The notes below the pieces were generated by a model. The model did no database searches, was not told where the DNA came from, and saw only the letters and a program-made list of their open reading frames with translations. A stretch of DNA of 64,000 nucleotides from the human T2T-CHM13v2.0 reference genome, Homo sapiens. The position numbers and the translations under genes were made by a program. The stretch lies in assembly GCF_009914755.1 (NCBI RefSeq), contig NC_060929.1; one strand, given 5' to 3'. Below are positions 25,302-39,421 of this stretch, in pieces. The first letter of the stretch is position 1. Each line of letters opens with the position of its first letter.

Positions 25302-25616
25302 TGTTGTAGAAAAAAACGGGTTCTTGCCACACAACCAGGAAAAGTTAGTCACGTAGACAATTAGAAGGGTAAGGGGGAAGGGAATTAACTGGCAAAGGGG
25401 AAAAAGAAAAATAACTCTCAGCAAAGTCAGATACATAGAATTCTGCTCACAGGTTTTCTGCCTCACAGACTGAACCACCCAGGAACAGGAGAGGCCAGGC
25501 TCCTTCCTCCTGCAAACAGCGGGAACTTCCCAAGGCTCCACTCCATCCTTCCCGTGTGCAGACCAGTGGGAAATTCTCCTGGGACCTTCCCCCTTATCTT
25601 CCTCTTGCATCTATCA
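25302..25616 (-). mobile_element. ERV1 solo LTR (MER61/MER48-like)
   Basis: Reverse complement TGATAGATGCAAGAGGAAGATAAGGGGAAGGTCCC...CTACAACA, TG..CA termini, 4-bp TSD GTTT on both sides. Confidence 0.8.
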
Positions 25617-25748
25617 GTTTTAACTACGATGACCTTTGTGTTTGAATAACTATCTTGGAAACAAACAACAACAAACCTGATCGTCATGATGCATGTTTAA
25701 GTCCAGCTGTAGAGACATACCTATATTTACATAAAGAAATAGCTTCCT

Positions 25749-25870
25749 GGTCTGAGTGCCATGGCTCACATCTGTAATCCCAGCATTTGGGAGGATTGCT
25801 TGAGGCCAGGAGTTTGAGACCAGCCTGGCCAACAAAGCGAAACCCAGTCTCTGTTAAAAAAAAAAAAAAA
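25749..25870 (+). mobile_element. FLAM / free left Alu monomer with a small internal deletion
   Basis: Single Alu monomer followed by poly(A). Approximate TSD AAAGAAATAGCTTCCT / AAAGAAAAATAGTTCCT. Confidence 0.85.
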
Positions 25871-26749
25871 GTATAATTAAAGAAAAATAGTTCCTAGGCT
25901 TTTCAAAGAATAAAGCACATCTTCTGCACTTTTAGTTACCAATAGTTGTGCTATAACAATTAATTGCTTCCTCAAGTATCTAATTCTTGTGTATATAATA
26001 ATTAGTTGAAATTTCAAGGAGTAAAATCCTAAAAGGTTTACTGAATATCCCATGTGGGTCAAGTTCTTTCTAAGTGATTGAAGCAATTCACTATCTTCAA
26101 GAGTTTTATTATATTCTTATCTTCAGATGAAAGTTTTAAAAATGATCTCATTCACATTAGACCGTCTTTTATGAACTAGTGCATATGCTTATGTTTATTT
26201 TTAATAAATTAATTTTTATGCCTTAAATTGAATTATGTATATTTGCATATAGTAAGTCAAGTTTATGTAATGCATGTTTATTTGTATAGTTGTAATAGAG
26301 TTTCTATTTTCTGAATAAAGTTTTGGTAAAAAACATTTTGTTTAGCCATGGACATTGGCTGCTAAGAAACAGCTTTCCTGATCTTTGTCTTCCTGCAAAC
26401 ACTCATGAATTAACTTACAAACAATAAAGTCCTGAAAATGTCAATGACTAAGTGATTTTTAATTACTTTTTGACTTATCTTCTTTGAAACTTTAAAGATA
26501 ACCTTTTAACAGAAATCGGCAGTCTAATATGCCATTCATCAGAGCAAACCTTAAATCTGTAAAAACTGTAAAAAAATCTGTAAAACTGTAAAAAAATACC
26601 CTGTTACACACATTCACATACACACAGAGCATTTGCAAATAACTTCATAGTTTTTATAAACCTCAAAAACAATCATTGGAATCAAATTATTAGTTAAGAC
26701 TTTCCCAGTTGAAAAAATATAAAACCAAGTCAAGCTGATTTTAATAAGA

Positions 26750-27060
26750 AACTGAGAAGCTCAGGGTAAAGCTCATTTCCAACAAAGTTGAAACCAGATG
26801 TTCAAATAGTGTCATCAGGAATCTGTGCCTCTGCTCTCCTGTGATAAGAGTGGCAAGAGGACCATCTGTAGTTTAGACATTCAATTTTAACACTTTTAAT
26901 ATCCTTGTGGGAAAGAGAGCTTCTTTTTGCAGTAAAATCCCAGGTTAGAGACTCATTGACCTGGCTCAACCCATATGCTAATCCTTGAACCAGTCACTAT
27001 AACTAGTGTGCACTAGATGTTCTGCTGTTTGGGTATGAGTCACAGATCCATTGTTGGAGT
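26750..27060. mobile_element. Ancient MaLR (MLT1-type) LTR remnant
   Basis: GAGACTCATTGACCTGGCTCAACCCATATGCTAATCCTTGAACCAGTCACT resembles old MLT1 LTRs. Confidence 0.4.
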
Positions 27061-27799
27061 AAATGAGGGGTGAGTGGGGCGGGGGGGAAGTTTATGAATG
27101 AATAATTGAGGTACTATCGGCAAAAGAAGTGAGGGATGAGATGCTGAGAATGGCAACAGAAACAATAGATGCCACTGGAAAACTCTAAGATTTCATAGAG
27201 TCCTGATTAAGAACTCTATTAAGGACAAAAAAAAAATGGTAAACAGTATAAATAAATTTTTATCATTATTCACATTTTAGATGGCAATGATAATATGATT
27301 TTTATCATTGAAAAAACATGTTAGAAAATATCAAGTATTTTTCTTACCAATGAATGTAAATTCTGTTTCCATCCACAATGCATATCTTCCAAATGCAGTT
27401 ATTAGTTATATTTTTTAAGCATGGTTTTATAATAAGGTTTGGAGAGCTTTAGAATGGAAATATTTTTAAAATGTGCTAGCCAATGACAGAAGTGTTGGCT
27501 GCATTATATGTGCTAAAAATGTGGTAAACAATTCTGCTAAAATCTACTAAAAATAACTTGTAGGATTATGCAAAATTATTTCCTTATTCTGAATTGAATT
27601 AACTGTAAAGACTTAAGCCATAAATATCTAGGCTGTGTTGGAAAAAAGTCTGCTCCATGTTCCTCCTTCCAGTCTGTTAGGAAGGGTTCTATGGATGTCA
27701 CTATTAATGCTCTGAAGAAAAAAGAAACAGAAGTGTAAGAATTGAAACATAAACAAAAGATTTTAGTTAGATTAAGTGGCCATTTACCTAAAGTCAATC

Positions 27800-28760
27800 A
27801 AAAACGGTCACAGTCAATAAACTATTTGGATTAATGATATAATTTAATGAAATCATAAAGTTGGTTAAAATAATGAATAGTATAAAATCAATATTATTCC
27901 CTTCTATACCAATTATAACCAAATATAAATGACAATAAAACACTTAAAATACCCATGTAGCTACAATGTATTTGGGACTTAGCTTAACCAAGAATACAAT
28001 AAATTAATTTTCAACCAAGTATTTTGTGGAAAAATTTCACACTTAATAATAAACATAGAAGATGATCTGAATAAGTTGAGGGACATCACTGGCTTTGATT
28101 GACCACGTAAAATAATTATTTTTAATTAGTATATTTCTCTTCAGAGTTCACAGGAAAAAAGCTTATGAAGAGATTATCATATTTATTGGTAGCTAGAGAA
28201 ATAACAACTATATAACTATATGTCATTTTAGATATATTAAGAACCCGGATAATGCCAAGTGTATCTCAGGATGTGGACTATAGGAGCTCTCATTGCTGCA
28301 GGCTTTTTAGAAAGCAGCCAAGCAGTACTTAGTAAAACCAAATATTCATATGCCTTATGAACTAGCAATTTATATCCTGGACGTATAGCTCAAAGACATT
28401 CTTATAGAAGTTCACATGAGAAAATGCACAGGTTATTTTTTGCAGCATTGCTTAAGATATTGGCAAGTTGGATTATCTCCAAACATCTGTAATTTCAGGA
28501 TGGGTAGGTAGATGTGGTGGATGTACACTGTGATGTACTACTCGGAAACACTAGAGAATAGGTCAGATGAACACGCATGTTGAAAACAACATGCTTAGCG
28601 AAAAAAGTAAAAATCACTAACTCTACAGTTCAATATCATTTTAGTAAGCTAAAAATATAAGAACAAACACAATTCACTTTTATAAGACTACATAGAAATA
28701 AATTTATACATATCAAACATATTAGAATAATTCACCCTTTTGGAAGAGAAAGGAATGCAT
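27800..28760 (+). mobile_element. L1ME-type fragments
   Basis: Degenerate ORF2 3' and 3'UTR motifs: GATGATCTGAATAAGTTGAGGGACAT, ATAATGCCAAGTGT..GGATGTGGA, TATGAACTAGCAATT. Confidence 0.6.
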
Positions 28761-29269
28761 GAGGAATAGTTAAAATATACTAAATAATTGAATTGAAAGA
28801 CTAATGGTGGTCATTTGCCATGAATTGAGGTGCATAATTAACTTTCTAAAACAGAGTGGAAGAGAGGGAGAGAGAGAAAATTTATTTTATAAAATATAAA
28901 AGTCAGTGGTCCCTACATTCAAGAGTTTTGCAGTCTAACTTCATCTACTATACTATAATGTTTAGAAGTGATTTTTTCCAGAATATTTTAATATATTTTT
29001 TCAACATATCAATATTTTGCACTCTAAACACAAGAACATTTTTAGAGTCATTGCTATGTTAAAATAATCTCTGTAACATTTTGGGCTTTCTTAAAGGTGG
29101 GTGCTGTTCAAGTGCATCCTTCCCAAACACTTACATAGTAGTGGGGCCTTCAAGCTGTTAAGAATTGTTGGGCAGGATAATCCTTAAGGCCTGTAGCAAA
29201 GATAAGTTTAATTCTTAAGATGCAAGTTATGATAGTTGTAAAGGCAGAGAAGCGGGAGTCTGGGGCCCA

Positions 29270-30860
29270 TGCAATGGGGAAAGAATCCCTAGTTAATATG
29301 GTGTTGGGAAACTGCCTGGACATATGCAGAAAGCTGAAACTGGATCCCTTCCTTACACCTTCTAGAAAAATTCACTCAAGATGGATGAAAGACTTAAACG
29401 TAAGACCTAAAACCATAAAAACCCTAGAAGAAAACCTAGGCAATACCATTCAAGACATAGCCATGGGCAAAAACTTCATGACTAAAACAGCAAAAACAAT
29501 GGCAACAAAAGCCAAAATAGACAAATGGGATCTATTTAAATGAAAGAGCTTCTTCATAGCAAAAGAAACTATCATCACAATGAACAGGCAACCTACAGAA
29601 TGAGAGAAAATGTTTGCAATCTATCCATCTGACAAAGGGCTAATATCCAGGATCTACAAAGAACTTAAACAAATTTACAAGAAAAAAACAAACAACTCCA
29701 TCAAAAAGTGGGCGAAGGATACGAACAGGCGCTTCTCAAAAGAAGACGTTTATGCAGCCAACAAACGTGAAAAAAAGCTCATCATCGCTGGTCATTAGAT
29801 AAATGGAAATCAAAACCACAATGAGATACCATCTCACACCAGTTAGAATGGTGATCATTAAAAAGTCAGGAAACAGGACAGGCACGGTGGCTCACACCTG
29901 TAATCCCAGCAGTTTGGGAGGCCCAGGAGGGTGGATCATGAGATCAGGAGATCGAGATCATCCTGGCTAACATGGTGAAACCCCGTCTCTGCTAAAAATA
30001 CAAAAAAATAGCTGGGCGTGGTGGCAGATGCCTATAGTCCCAGCTACTCAGGAGGTTGAGGCAGGAGAATGGCATAAACCTGGGAGGCAGAGTCTGCAGT
30101 AAGCCAAGATCATGCCACTGCACTCCAGCCTGGATGACAGAGCAAGATTCCGCCTCAAAAAAAAAAAAAAAAGAAAAAGAAAAAGAAAAAGGGAAACAGA
30201 TGCTGGAGAGGATGGAGAGAAATAGGAACGCTTTTACACTGTTGGTGGGAGTGTAAATTAGTTCAACCATTGTGGAAGACAGTGTGGCAATTCTTCAAGG
30301 ATCTAGAACTAGAAATACCATTTGACCCAGCAATCCCATTACTGGGTATATACCCAAAGGATTATAAATCCTTCTATGATAAAGACACATGCACACGTAT
30401 AGTTATTGTGGCACTGTTCACAGCAGCAAAGACTTGGAACCAACCCAAATGTCCATCAATGATAGACTGGATAAAGAAAATGTGGCACATATACACCATG
30501 GAATACTATGCAGCCATAAAAAAGGGCGAGTTCATGTTCTTTGGAGGGACATGAATGAAGCTGAAAACCATCATTCTCAGCAAACTAACACAAGAACAGA
30601 AAATCAAACATGGCATGTTCTTACTCATAAGTGGGAGCTGAACAATGAGAACACATGGACACAGGGAGGGGAACATCACACACCAGGGCCTGTTGGGGTC
30701 TGGGGAGCTAGGGGAGGAATAGCATTAGGAGAAATAACTAATGTAGATGATGGGTTGATGGGTGCAGCAAACCACTATGGTACATGTATACCTATGTAAC
30801 AAACCTGCACGTTCTGCACATGTACCCCAGAACTTAAAGTATAATAAATAATAATAATAA
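29270..30860 (+). mobile_element. 5'-truncated L1PA (PA7-like) containing an AluY
   Basis: ORF2 C-terminal peptides ([42 protein letters not shown]) and a complete 3'UTR ending CTTAAAGTATAATAAA(TAA)n. Confidence 0.95.
29876..30190 (+). mobile_element. AluY
   Basis: Full dimer with GAGATCGAGA, CCTGGCTAAC and GAATGGC diagnostics. A/(GAAAAA)n tail. GGAAACAG flanks both sides. Confidence 0.93.
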
Positions 30861-31129
30861 TTTTGGCAAATTGGGATAGAAGCCCAAATGAGGAAATTAT
30901 TTGTAGGAATATAGAGGGGCACAAAAATATTTTTTTGCAAAGTGGTATCTGTCTGGAAGGGGGAACCTAGAAGTCAAAGCAAGTTTTAGATGGGAAGAAT
31001 GTGGTCAGACTGAGTAGTACAGAAAAAGAGATATTTAAAGACTTGATAGCTACATTGCAAGTAATTCATTTTTCTTCAAGCTAAGGGAAAGTAGAATGCT
31101 TTGACAATGGAAATAAGAGGTAAGTTAAT

Positions 31130-31330
31130 TCTAGTGGTTACCAACATGTAATTGAGGATCACATGACCTCAATATCTGCATCTATCATAGAGGAATTATA
31201 ACAATGTTAAGCTCATAAATATATTTTGAGGATTAAATGAGTTAATTCATGTATAGGACATGGGGCATAGCAAACATTTGATAAGTGCCACGCATCATCA
31301 TCAGTACATAGCAAGCATTCAATAATACTA
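31130..31330 (+). mobile_element. MIR
   Basis: TTGAGGATTAAATGAGTTAATTCATGTA core. Confidence 0.6.
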
Positions 31331-31829
31331 GTTGTCAATGTCACTGTTAACATGAAATGGAATTTCTGTGACACTAACTCTATACTACTCTTAAAACTTT
31401 GCTTCTTTATTTCTAAAACAAATCATTCATTTCAGCTCATTCATTTCTCAGGTGCTTAAATGCATAGGAAAATATTATTTCTTCCTTCAAAGAGAAATAG
31501 AAAAGGAAATTTATGATTAAGAGACAAGATCCAGAAGCACTAATATGTAGTTCCCTTGAGGAAACTTACAGAGATGCAAAGAAGAGGATCTATAATTTAC
31601 CTTCAAGGGAAGTGGGATGGAAGCGATATTTGTCAGGTAGAAGTAGAGAACCAGAGCAGAGCAATGTCAGAATGATTGCACAGAATAGAGAATCAAGGGA
31701 CCTGAATGTTGTGGTTCTGCTATCTAGCTATTGAATGCATTTGGAGAATTACTTTCTAGTTTTAGTTTTCAGATGATCAAAATGCAGATGATACTTTGTT
31801 TCTTAAGAAAAAATCGAAGTTTACTGGAT

Positions 31830-32090
31830 CTGTCAATTAGGCTCTGTGGCTGCATGTAGTGACCTAAAAACAATTTCCTAACCAAATAACTATGTATTTT
31901 CCTCACTTACAAGAAGTCTGAAGAAAGTAAGTCCAATATAGGTGTAGCATCTCCACAATGTCATTCATGTCCTGGATTCCTTCTTTATGCACCAAAATAA
32001 ACTTTAAATCTCCAGTAGACTTCCAAACACATCTTTTTTTGTCTGCACTCTGCCACATGGTAACCTCAGCTGCCACTGGGTGTATAAACT
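31830..32090. mobile_element. Ancient MLT1-type LTR remnant
   Basis: GTCAATTAGGCTCTGTGGCTGCATGTAGTGAC..CTCACTTACAAGAAGTCTG..CCACATGGTAACCTCAGCTGC. Confidence 0.45.
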
Positions 32091-32184
32091 ACCCTCAGAA
32101 TAATTTCAGAGTAATTTGGATAAAATAGCAGAAAAACTTCAAATTAAATATTAAAATAAAATTTATATGCTACTAAGAGTGAAT

Positions 32185-32370
32185 ACAGAGTATTTAATAT
32201 GTGCCAGATCCTGGTGTAAGGGCTTTTTGTATATTAATTCATTTCACACTTTCAGAAGACTTATAGTATGTATCACTGTTATCCTATTTTACAGATGGGA
32301 AAACTGAAAGACGTTTGCTCATGATCTCTCAGCCATCCTGGCTACAGGCTCTGGGTTTCTAAGTCAACAC
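32185..32370 (-). mobile_element. MIR
   Basis: TATGTGCCAG..TATTAATTCATTTC..ATCCTATTTTACAGATGGGAAAACTGA. Confidence 0.75.
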
Positions 32371-33224
32371 TGGTTTCTACATATAAAATTAAAGCAAAAA
32401 ATAATTGAAATGTTTAATTCCTAAATTTGGAATATTAAAAATGCATTTCTTCCAGCTTTAATAATTCTAGAAAAAGTTCAGAAATGTAAACATCATGTAA
32501 AAACTTTTTTTGTCTTCCTTATACTATCTTCTACTACTCCTTTATTGCTAGTATAGTGTCCTTTATTTTTTAAGACAACTTCAAAAATATAGTTGAAAAT
32601 GTAAATGCTTGCTGGGCTACTGCTATTTTTTAAATCTTGATAAAATAAGCATTTAAACTTGTTTTATTGTGTTCTACATTATCTTATCTGGTTATTTGAC
32701 TTATTAGATATAATATTTTAACATATAAAGAGAGAAATATTACCTTAAGAAAGAAACAGTTATAAAGTGATTGTAAAGATTTATATTTCAGAATATTTTG
32801 ACAGTTCTATAATGCACCTTTGGAAATACGTTCTTGTCATATGCTTTGTCTTACTCAACAGCAATTTAATGCCAGCTGTGTAGCTTTAGTTGCGGTAAAA
32901 TCAATTTTAATTTTAGTTCTATGTCTAAAAGTATATTTGTTAAATAAAATTGATGTCAATTCACCTCTACCCGAGTTTAGGTTTCGACAGATGTGTCAAA
33001 ACAGAGAATCTTAAAATGATAGTGTTTGTCTTTAATTTGCCTTCATCAGATTGCAAAACTCATGTATCCCAATTATATATAGAAAATACATATATATTTT
33101 TCTGCTTTTTGATGCTCTTAATTCCTATTATAATAATCCCTGAACTTAAAGATAATGCACATGGATAGAATGTTGAAGTCACTACATCTACCATTTAGGT
33201 TCATCCCTATTTTATTTCTCTCAA

Positions 33225-33362
33225 AATATAGTCCATGCCTCAAAATCATTTGAGGAACTAATTAAAATTGCATATAACTCCAAACATATAATCATATTCT
33301 CTGAGGGCAGGCTCCAGAAATTGCATAGTAAAATGCGTACTAAAATTTGAAGTTCACTGCAA
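33225..33362. mobile_element. MER5-family hAT MITE remnant
   Basis: AAAATCATTTGAGGAACTAATTAAAAT..TCTCTGAGGGCAGGCTCCAGAAATTGCAT..TTTGAAGTTCACTG. Confidence 0.5.
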
Positions 33363-33799
33363 CATTATGCTCTGCATTTTAGTGACTGTTAGAAATCCGG
33401 AGAGAACAGGCTCTTCTGTGTGATTTCTTTTATTCTTCTGGCAGAAATCCTTCAACAGAGTAGAAAACTAGAACAAGAAAAATGCCTTCTGATTATTTAA
33501 GCATTAAAGCAATGCTTATTTTAGTGGGCTTTGTGAAATAGGGACATTTAAATTAAGCCGTCTTTCCCTGGGAACCATTCGGTTTTCATTGCCCCACTTC
33601 TAATAGGCAGCATGTCTAAGATGATTCAACCTTGGTCTCTTAAGTGTGGCACAACTCTGCCAGAATGTCCTGACTAAGAGGACATCCAACCCATTTAGGA
33701 GGTTTGGGTAATTTTTGGTTGTAAAACTTGAAGAGTTTCTTGTTTTCTTTATTCATCTTGTATGATGACTATTTTACCTTTTTTCTTGTCTCTCAAACC

Positions 33800-35310
33800 T
33801 GAAAAAATAATGAAACCTTTAGAAGAGACTTTCTTCACTTTCCCGACACCAAAACTGCACACTTTTCTTTCTCTGCACCAATTTGCTACTTGTTGTCTTC
33901 TCAAAAACACAAGATGTCTCCTCATCTATAAAAAGCCAATCTAGAAACCAAACTCCTACTGCATTTTTAAGGACTTCTCTCCCTCTATCTCTGCTACTGA
34001 CCCTTCCTATATTATTAAATTCTTCCCTCTACTGGATCTAATTAATTTCATTTAAAATTTACATCATTCATATTCTACATTTATGTGTAATTTGGATTTA
34101 TATCATCCATATTTATATCATGAGATTTATATATACAAGTTTTAAAGACTTGTGTCTCCAATTGCCCACTACGTACCTAAAACGTGGATGTTTTACAAGC
34201 ATTGTAATCTTCATGAGTTCAAAACTAAACTACTGGTTTTCCTCTGCATATCCCTTGCTCTTTTATTTTTACCTTTTCCAGTAAATGGCACACATGTAGT
34301 TAGTCAAGACAGAAACTCGACATCTTAAATTTTATCCTGCAATATTAATATCGACTTCCCAAATAATGTCTCTAAATCTTCCATTTCTATCCATGCCAAC
34401 CATCATCATCCACCATCATTATCCTAATGAAATTATCCTAAATTTTGTTACCTATCTCCTGAGCAATTTAATGGATTTCTGATGGTTTTCCCAATTTTTC
34501 CATTACCTCTTCTAATCTATTATTCACCAAGCAGCTGAAATAATTATTATTAGCATTCTTGCATCTTGCCTTTTTACCTTTCAATTTTTACTTTTTCTAG
34601 CTTGGTTGAGGTATAATTGACAAATAAAAATTGCATAATTTTGAGGTATACAGCATGGATGTTTTAATATAGGTTTACTTTATGAAATGATCACCACCAG
34701 CAAGCTAATGAACATATCCATTGCCTCTCATAGTTACCATGCTTTTTGTGATGAGAACATTTAAGATCTACTGTCCACAAATTTCAAATGTACAATACAG
34801 TACTATTAACGATAGCCTCCAGATCTTACTCATCCTGCATAGCCGTGCATATCTACAACCATTAGCATACTTTGTATTACACATAGAATGAAAGCAAAAC
34901 TTCTTACTGCCTATAGTACCTTGTACAATCTGGGCTTGAATTTCTTCTCCAAACTCATCTCAGCTCCTTCTCTGCTACATTTGAAACACACTAGTCTCCC
35001 TCGTCTTCTGTACATTTTTAGGCTCAACCAAGCACTTTCTCAACTCAGGGACTTTTCAAACACTTTTCTGCCTAGAATTCTCTGTCTTGCTGCTTTTATA
35101 AGGATTGTTCCATCAGACCTGGAATTGATCTTCTGTTCCTTGGGAAGTCTTTTCTTGTTTATCCCTATGTAAGTTCCCCATATATTTCCTCAGTTCATCT
35201 TGGGTGTTTTCTTCTTGTCATTTATCAAAATTTGCAATTATGCATGGCTTTAAAAATTGTTTATTGTCTCTCTCTCATTAGGCAAAAACCATCATAGTGG
35301 TAGGGATGGT
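33800..35310 (+). mobile_element. L2 remnant, interrupted by an L1 3' fragment
   Basis: Pyrimidine-rich L2-like motifs: TTCAAAACTAAACTACTGGTTTTCC, CAGTAAATGGCAC, CTATTATTCACCAAGCAGC, CTCAGGGACTTTTCA..CTGCCTAGAAT. Confidence 0.6.
34590..34845 (-). mobile_element. L1MA9-like 3' end
   Basis: TTGAGGTATAATTGACAAATAAAAATTG..GAAATGATCACCAC..CATAGTTACC..GAGAACATTTAAGATCTAC. Confidence 0.8.
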
Positions 35311-35821
35311 GTCTGTTTTCCTGATCAAAAAATATTTGAAGTTTGGCAAAGTGCTAAAACAAATGGAGTTGTGTTTTAAATAATCCTTTAGGAAATATAC
35401 TGGCTGTCCAGTTAGAAATCTCATATTGGCAGAAGTCTCTTTGGACATAAAATATAACATTGTAAAGAAAACGTAGCTGATGGGAGGGTAAGACCATGTC
35501 TTCTATGTCTTCAGCAAGTATCTGTTCCTAGTGTCAAGAATCAGAGGTATGCATGGCTTGTTGTGTCTTGGTTTAAGCCAATTATATGTGTTTTGTGAGT
35601 TTTTTTTTAAACTGGGAGTTTACTGACATGTCAGAGCACAGAAGTTTACAAAAAAATCTTCTAGTCTTTATCATCTTAAATCTGTATTCGTTCAGTTCTT
35701 CTTATGGGTGTTCCGATCTTAGATTTGCTATTCTATTTATTTATTATTATTATTTATCCATATTTACAATAAGTATTAAAGTGATTTTTCTAGGTGTCTG
35801 TTTTTATACATACTTTTCTGG

Positions 35822-36050
35822 CCATTTATTCAATAATAGTGAATACCTCCCAGATACTTAACATGATACCAGGCAATAGAAATGTCTATGATAGTAAGGC
35901 CTATTCAGTGCTCCCAAGAGCTTGAAGGCTGTGGGAGAAAAAGGTAAACAACAAAGTTCAGAAGGCTATATAGTGTGTAAAGTGTGGAATGATTGTTTCT
36001 ACATGTAGAAATGAGAGGGAATTTTTTTATAGATTCATAGAGGAAGTGGC
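35822..36050 (-). mobile_element. L2 3' fragment
   Basis: CATTTATTCAATAATAGTGAATACCT..GTGCTCCCAAGAGCTT. Confidence 0.45.
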
Positions 36051-37399
36051 CAAAGCAAAGCATTTCTTCTGTCCCCCGTTAACCCTGGGCCTGGCTCCCT
36101 CACCTGCTTTCTTTATTACTCAATTTTATTCCTTTTTTTCACTTGATTAAAATGATTTTTGAGTGCACTGAGCATTACTATAATCTAATGAACAACATCA
36201 TTCTTGTTAAAAAAAATTCCTAGAGAAAAACAGAAAACACATTACTGTTTCACTACTTCACTTAAATAAAAATGATAATTACTTTTAAAAATGCAAGATT
36301 TCTATGTAGTTTTCATCATTGAGATTTCTTATTTCTAAATCATCAACCATTTTTTCTTTTGTATGTATAAATGTATTTTAATGTACATCAAACATATATA
36401 TATATACACATTTCAATCTAAGCATGAGATTTTATGAATATAATTGTGTCAAGCCAGATTAACATGCATGACTAAGTAAACAATTAGGAAATAAATTCTA
36501 AGCAAATAACTGCAAAGGTGGTATATGGAAGTGGCAAAATTGTGATAGTGGAATTTAGGTGAGTAAAGTTTAAAAAGTCCTGGACTAGATGCTTTTCATG
36601 GTCATTCTGAGCTGTAACATTAAATGCTTTTATGAAATCTCGTTATTTTGGGAGACACTGAAACTTCTGAGGCTGAAGTGTATATGGAAATAGTATCAAA
36701 AAACTCCATCTAGAGATCGCCTAAGAAAGCTCAGAACTTTATCTGAGATGTGCATTAAATCCCTTAGAATATGAGCATGGCCTTTAGGGCAAACATTTGC
36801 TCCTGCAGGACAGGTGGGGTCAGTAGGGTGAGGGAAAGTAAACTGTAATGGCTGCAAATAAAGATTCCCTGAAGGGATACTGAGGTTCCTAGGGCATGAA
36901 AATAACTCTTATCACAAAAGTAAACTTTTTGGTGCAGATTATACTAGTGAAAATATTGAATCATCTTTCTATTCTTCCTGTGTAAAATGGTTCAGAAATC
37001 ATAATTATATGAAGAAAATTTCAAAGAATAAAGAGCAAAAGAAATAGGAAAAGCATAGAGGTATATCAGAAAGTCAATTAATAAAAACCTTGTATGTGCA
37101 GATTCTTGGGATTTTTTTACATATGTCAGTTTTTTTGAGTTGCAATTTGCTGTGATGCACTTCCTTATTGAAAATAAATATTCACCCCTGCATTTAAATT
37201 TTTTGTGGAGACTCTAAAATTTAATACATTGTTCAGACTGTAAGTGTAACCATGACTTTGTGGTTTCAAGATATGCGATTCAATTAATTTCCCTGTAAAG
37301 AAGAGCAAGGAATGAACTTCTTTCTTTTTTTTCTGTTTTTGGTCCCAGCAGAATTTCTTTTATTTGTGCATGGTTTTAATACAAAACTTAAATATTCAT

Positions 37400-38803
37400 T
37401 AATTATATGAGTCAAATTTTATTTTGGTAAAAATATCTCTGTAACATGAAATATATATGGCATAAAATTTTATTTTGGTAAAATAGTCGCCACTTATTTT
37501 GTAGTGTACAAATTGGTGACATTAATCACATTCACAATATTGTGCAACCAGCATCACTATCTATCTCAAAATGTTTTCATCTCAAACAGATATTTAGTAA
37601 CCATTAAGCAATAACTCCTTAATGACCCCTCACCTTTGCCCCAGTAATCCCTAGTTTACTTACACATTTTTCCATTCAATATTTCATAAAATTGCAATAA
37701 TAATAATTGTCCCCTTTTATCTTGCTTATTTCACTAACATAATGTTTTCAAGGTTCATCCTTGTTGTAACATGCATCAGAGGTATTTCTTTTTATTGCTG
37801 AATAATATTCCACTGTGAGCATATACCACATTATGATTCATCATTCAACTATTGATAGATACTAGAGTCATTTCCACCTTTTAACTAATGTGTGTAATGC
37901 TAAAATAAATATTGATATACAAGCATCACTTTCTGGACCTGTTTCCAGTTTTGGGGGGTACATATCTGAAGGTGGAATTGCTGGCTTATATGGTTTAACT
38001 TTTCAAGAAATGGCCAAACTTTTCCATAGCAGTTGCTCTATTTTACATTCATATAAGCAATGAATGAGAATTTCAGTTTCTCCAATCATTTTTAAAATTA
38101 TGTCTATCCTAACAGGTATAAAATGATATCTTATTACGGTTTGGATTTGCATTTTCCCCATGATTGATGATGTTGAGCAACCTTTCATGCGCTTACTGGC
38201 CATTTGCATATCTTCTTTGGAGAAATGTCTATTCAAGTCATTTGACCATTTGTTTTCACTGGGTTGTCTTTGTGTTTTTGAGTTTTAGGAGTTTTTGTTA
38301 TATACTCTGGATATTAAACCCTTATCAGATGCATGATTTGCAAATATGTTTTTCAATTATGAAGGTTTTCTCATTCTACAGGTTGTCTTCTCAATTTTAT
38401 AATAATGTCTTTAAGTTACAAAAGTTTTTAAGATTGATGAAGTTCAGTTTATTTTGTCTTTTGTTACTCGTGCTTTCAGAGTCATATCTAAGAACCTATC
38501 GCCAAATCTAAATTCATGAAGATTAATACATTTTATTTTTAGAGTTTTATAGTTTTAGTTTTTATACTTAGATCATTGATCCATTTTGAGTTAATGTTTC
38601 TATGTGATATGAGGTAGACCTCCAATTTCATCATTTTTTATGTGGAAACCCAGTTGTCCCAGCACCATCATTTGAAGGGACTGTTATTTACCCACTCGGT
38701 GGACTTGGCATTCTTGTCAGAAATAAATTGCGCAGAGATATTTGAGTTCATTTATGGATTTCCAATTCTATTCCATTGATATATATGTGTATCCTATGCC
38801 AGT
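37400..38803 (-). mobile_element. L1MB-type 3' portion
   Basis: 3'UTR CATTCACAATATTGTGCAACC, ORF2 peptide MNRHFSKEDMQMASKRMKGCSTS (38003-38236, minus strand). Confidence 0.88.
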
Positions 38804-38836
38804 CTTTTGCTCAATTTTGCTTTCTTTTTTTCTTAA

Positions 38837-38912
38837 CCCATTTCCCATTTAGAAAAAAAAAAAAGTGCAGCTTGCTGCCAGCACAGTATTCTTGGGGCAA
38901 ATGGAAAATGAT
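38837..38912 (-). mobile_element. MER75A-like piggyBac MITE
   Basis: TTAA|CCCATTTCCCATTT-AG(A)nGTGCAGCTTGCTGCCAGCACAGTATTCTTGGGGC-AAATGGAAAATGAT|TTCA. Terminal inverted repeats and a TTAA target. Confidence 0.85.
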
Positions 38913-39421
38913 TTCAAGAGGCCTTTCTCTAAGTTACATAAGTGAATAGTCCTCATGACCTGGATCTCTCAGTAATATTATCTGAGGAACTGTAAGGATT
39001 ATTATTTTTTTATGTTTGACTTATGTTTAAGTTTCTGTCTCTTTTAAAGACATAAGTAATGCCATGTACTTTTCATGATTTTTGTGCATCCATGTTTTCT
39101 ATGTTTATAAAAATATTCAAACAAATCATTGTCGATATGGGGCCTTATTCTTTACAGGGCATGTGTCTTGAAGTTAGAAGTGATATTCAGTCTCAGCTTT
39201 CCTCCACTAGACTCGTTAGTTCTCCAAAAATAATTATAGAGATGAACCGGAAAAGGAAAGAACTGAAAGCTGAGAGAGGTCGGCCTTTATGGAAAGGAGA
39301 GAGAGGATCCTGCCAGAGTTGATGGGGAGGCTGTATGAAGCAGGGAAGTGCAATGAAGTTGTACTAGCTCTCTCTCATGAAGAGCATAAAGGTCATACAT
39401 TTATTTGAAAGGAAGTGAAAA

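Noticed and set aside
27067-27087. G-rich / GC-box motif
   Set aside because: Isolated, only three clear G-runs, no promoter context.
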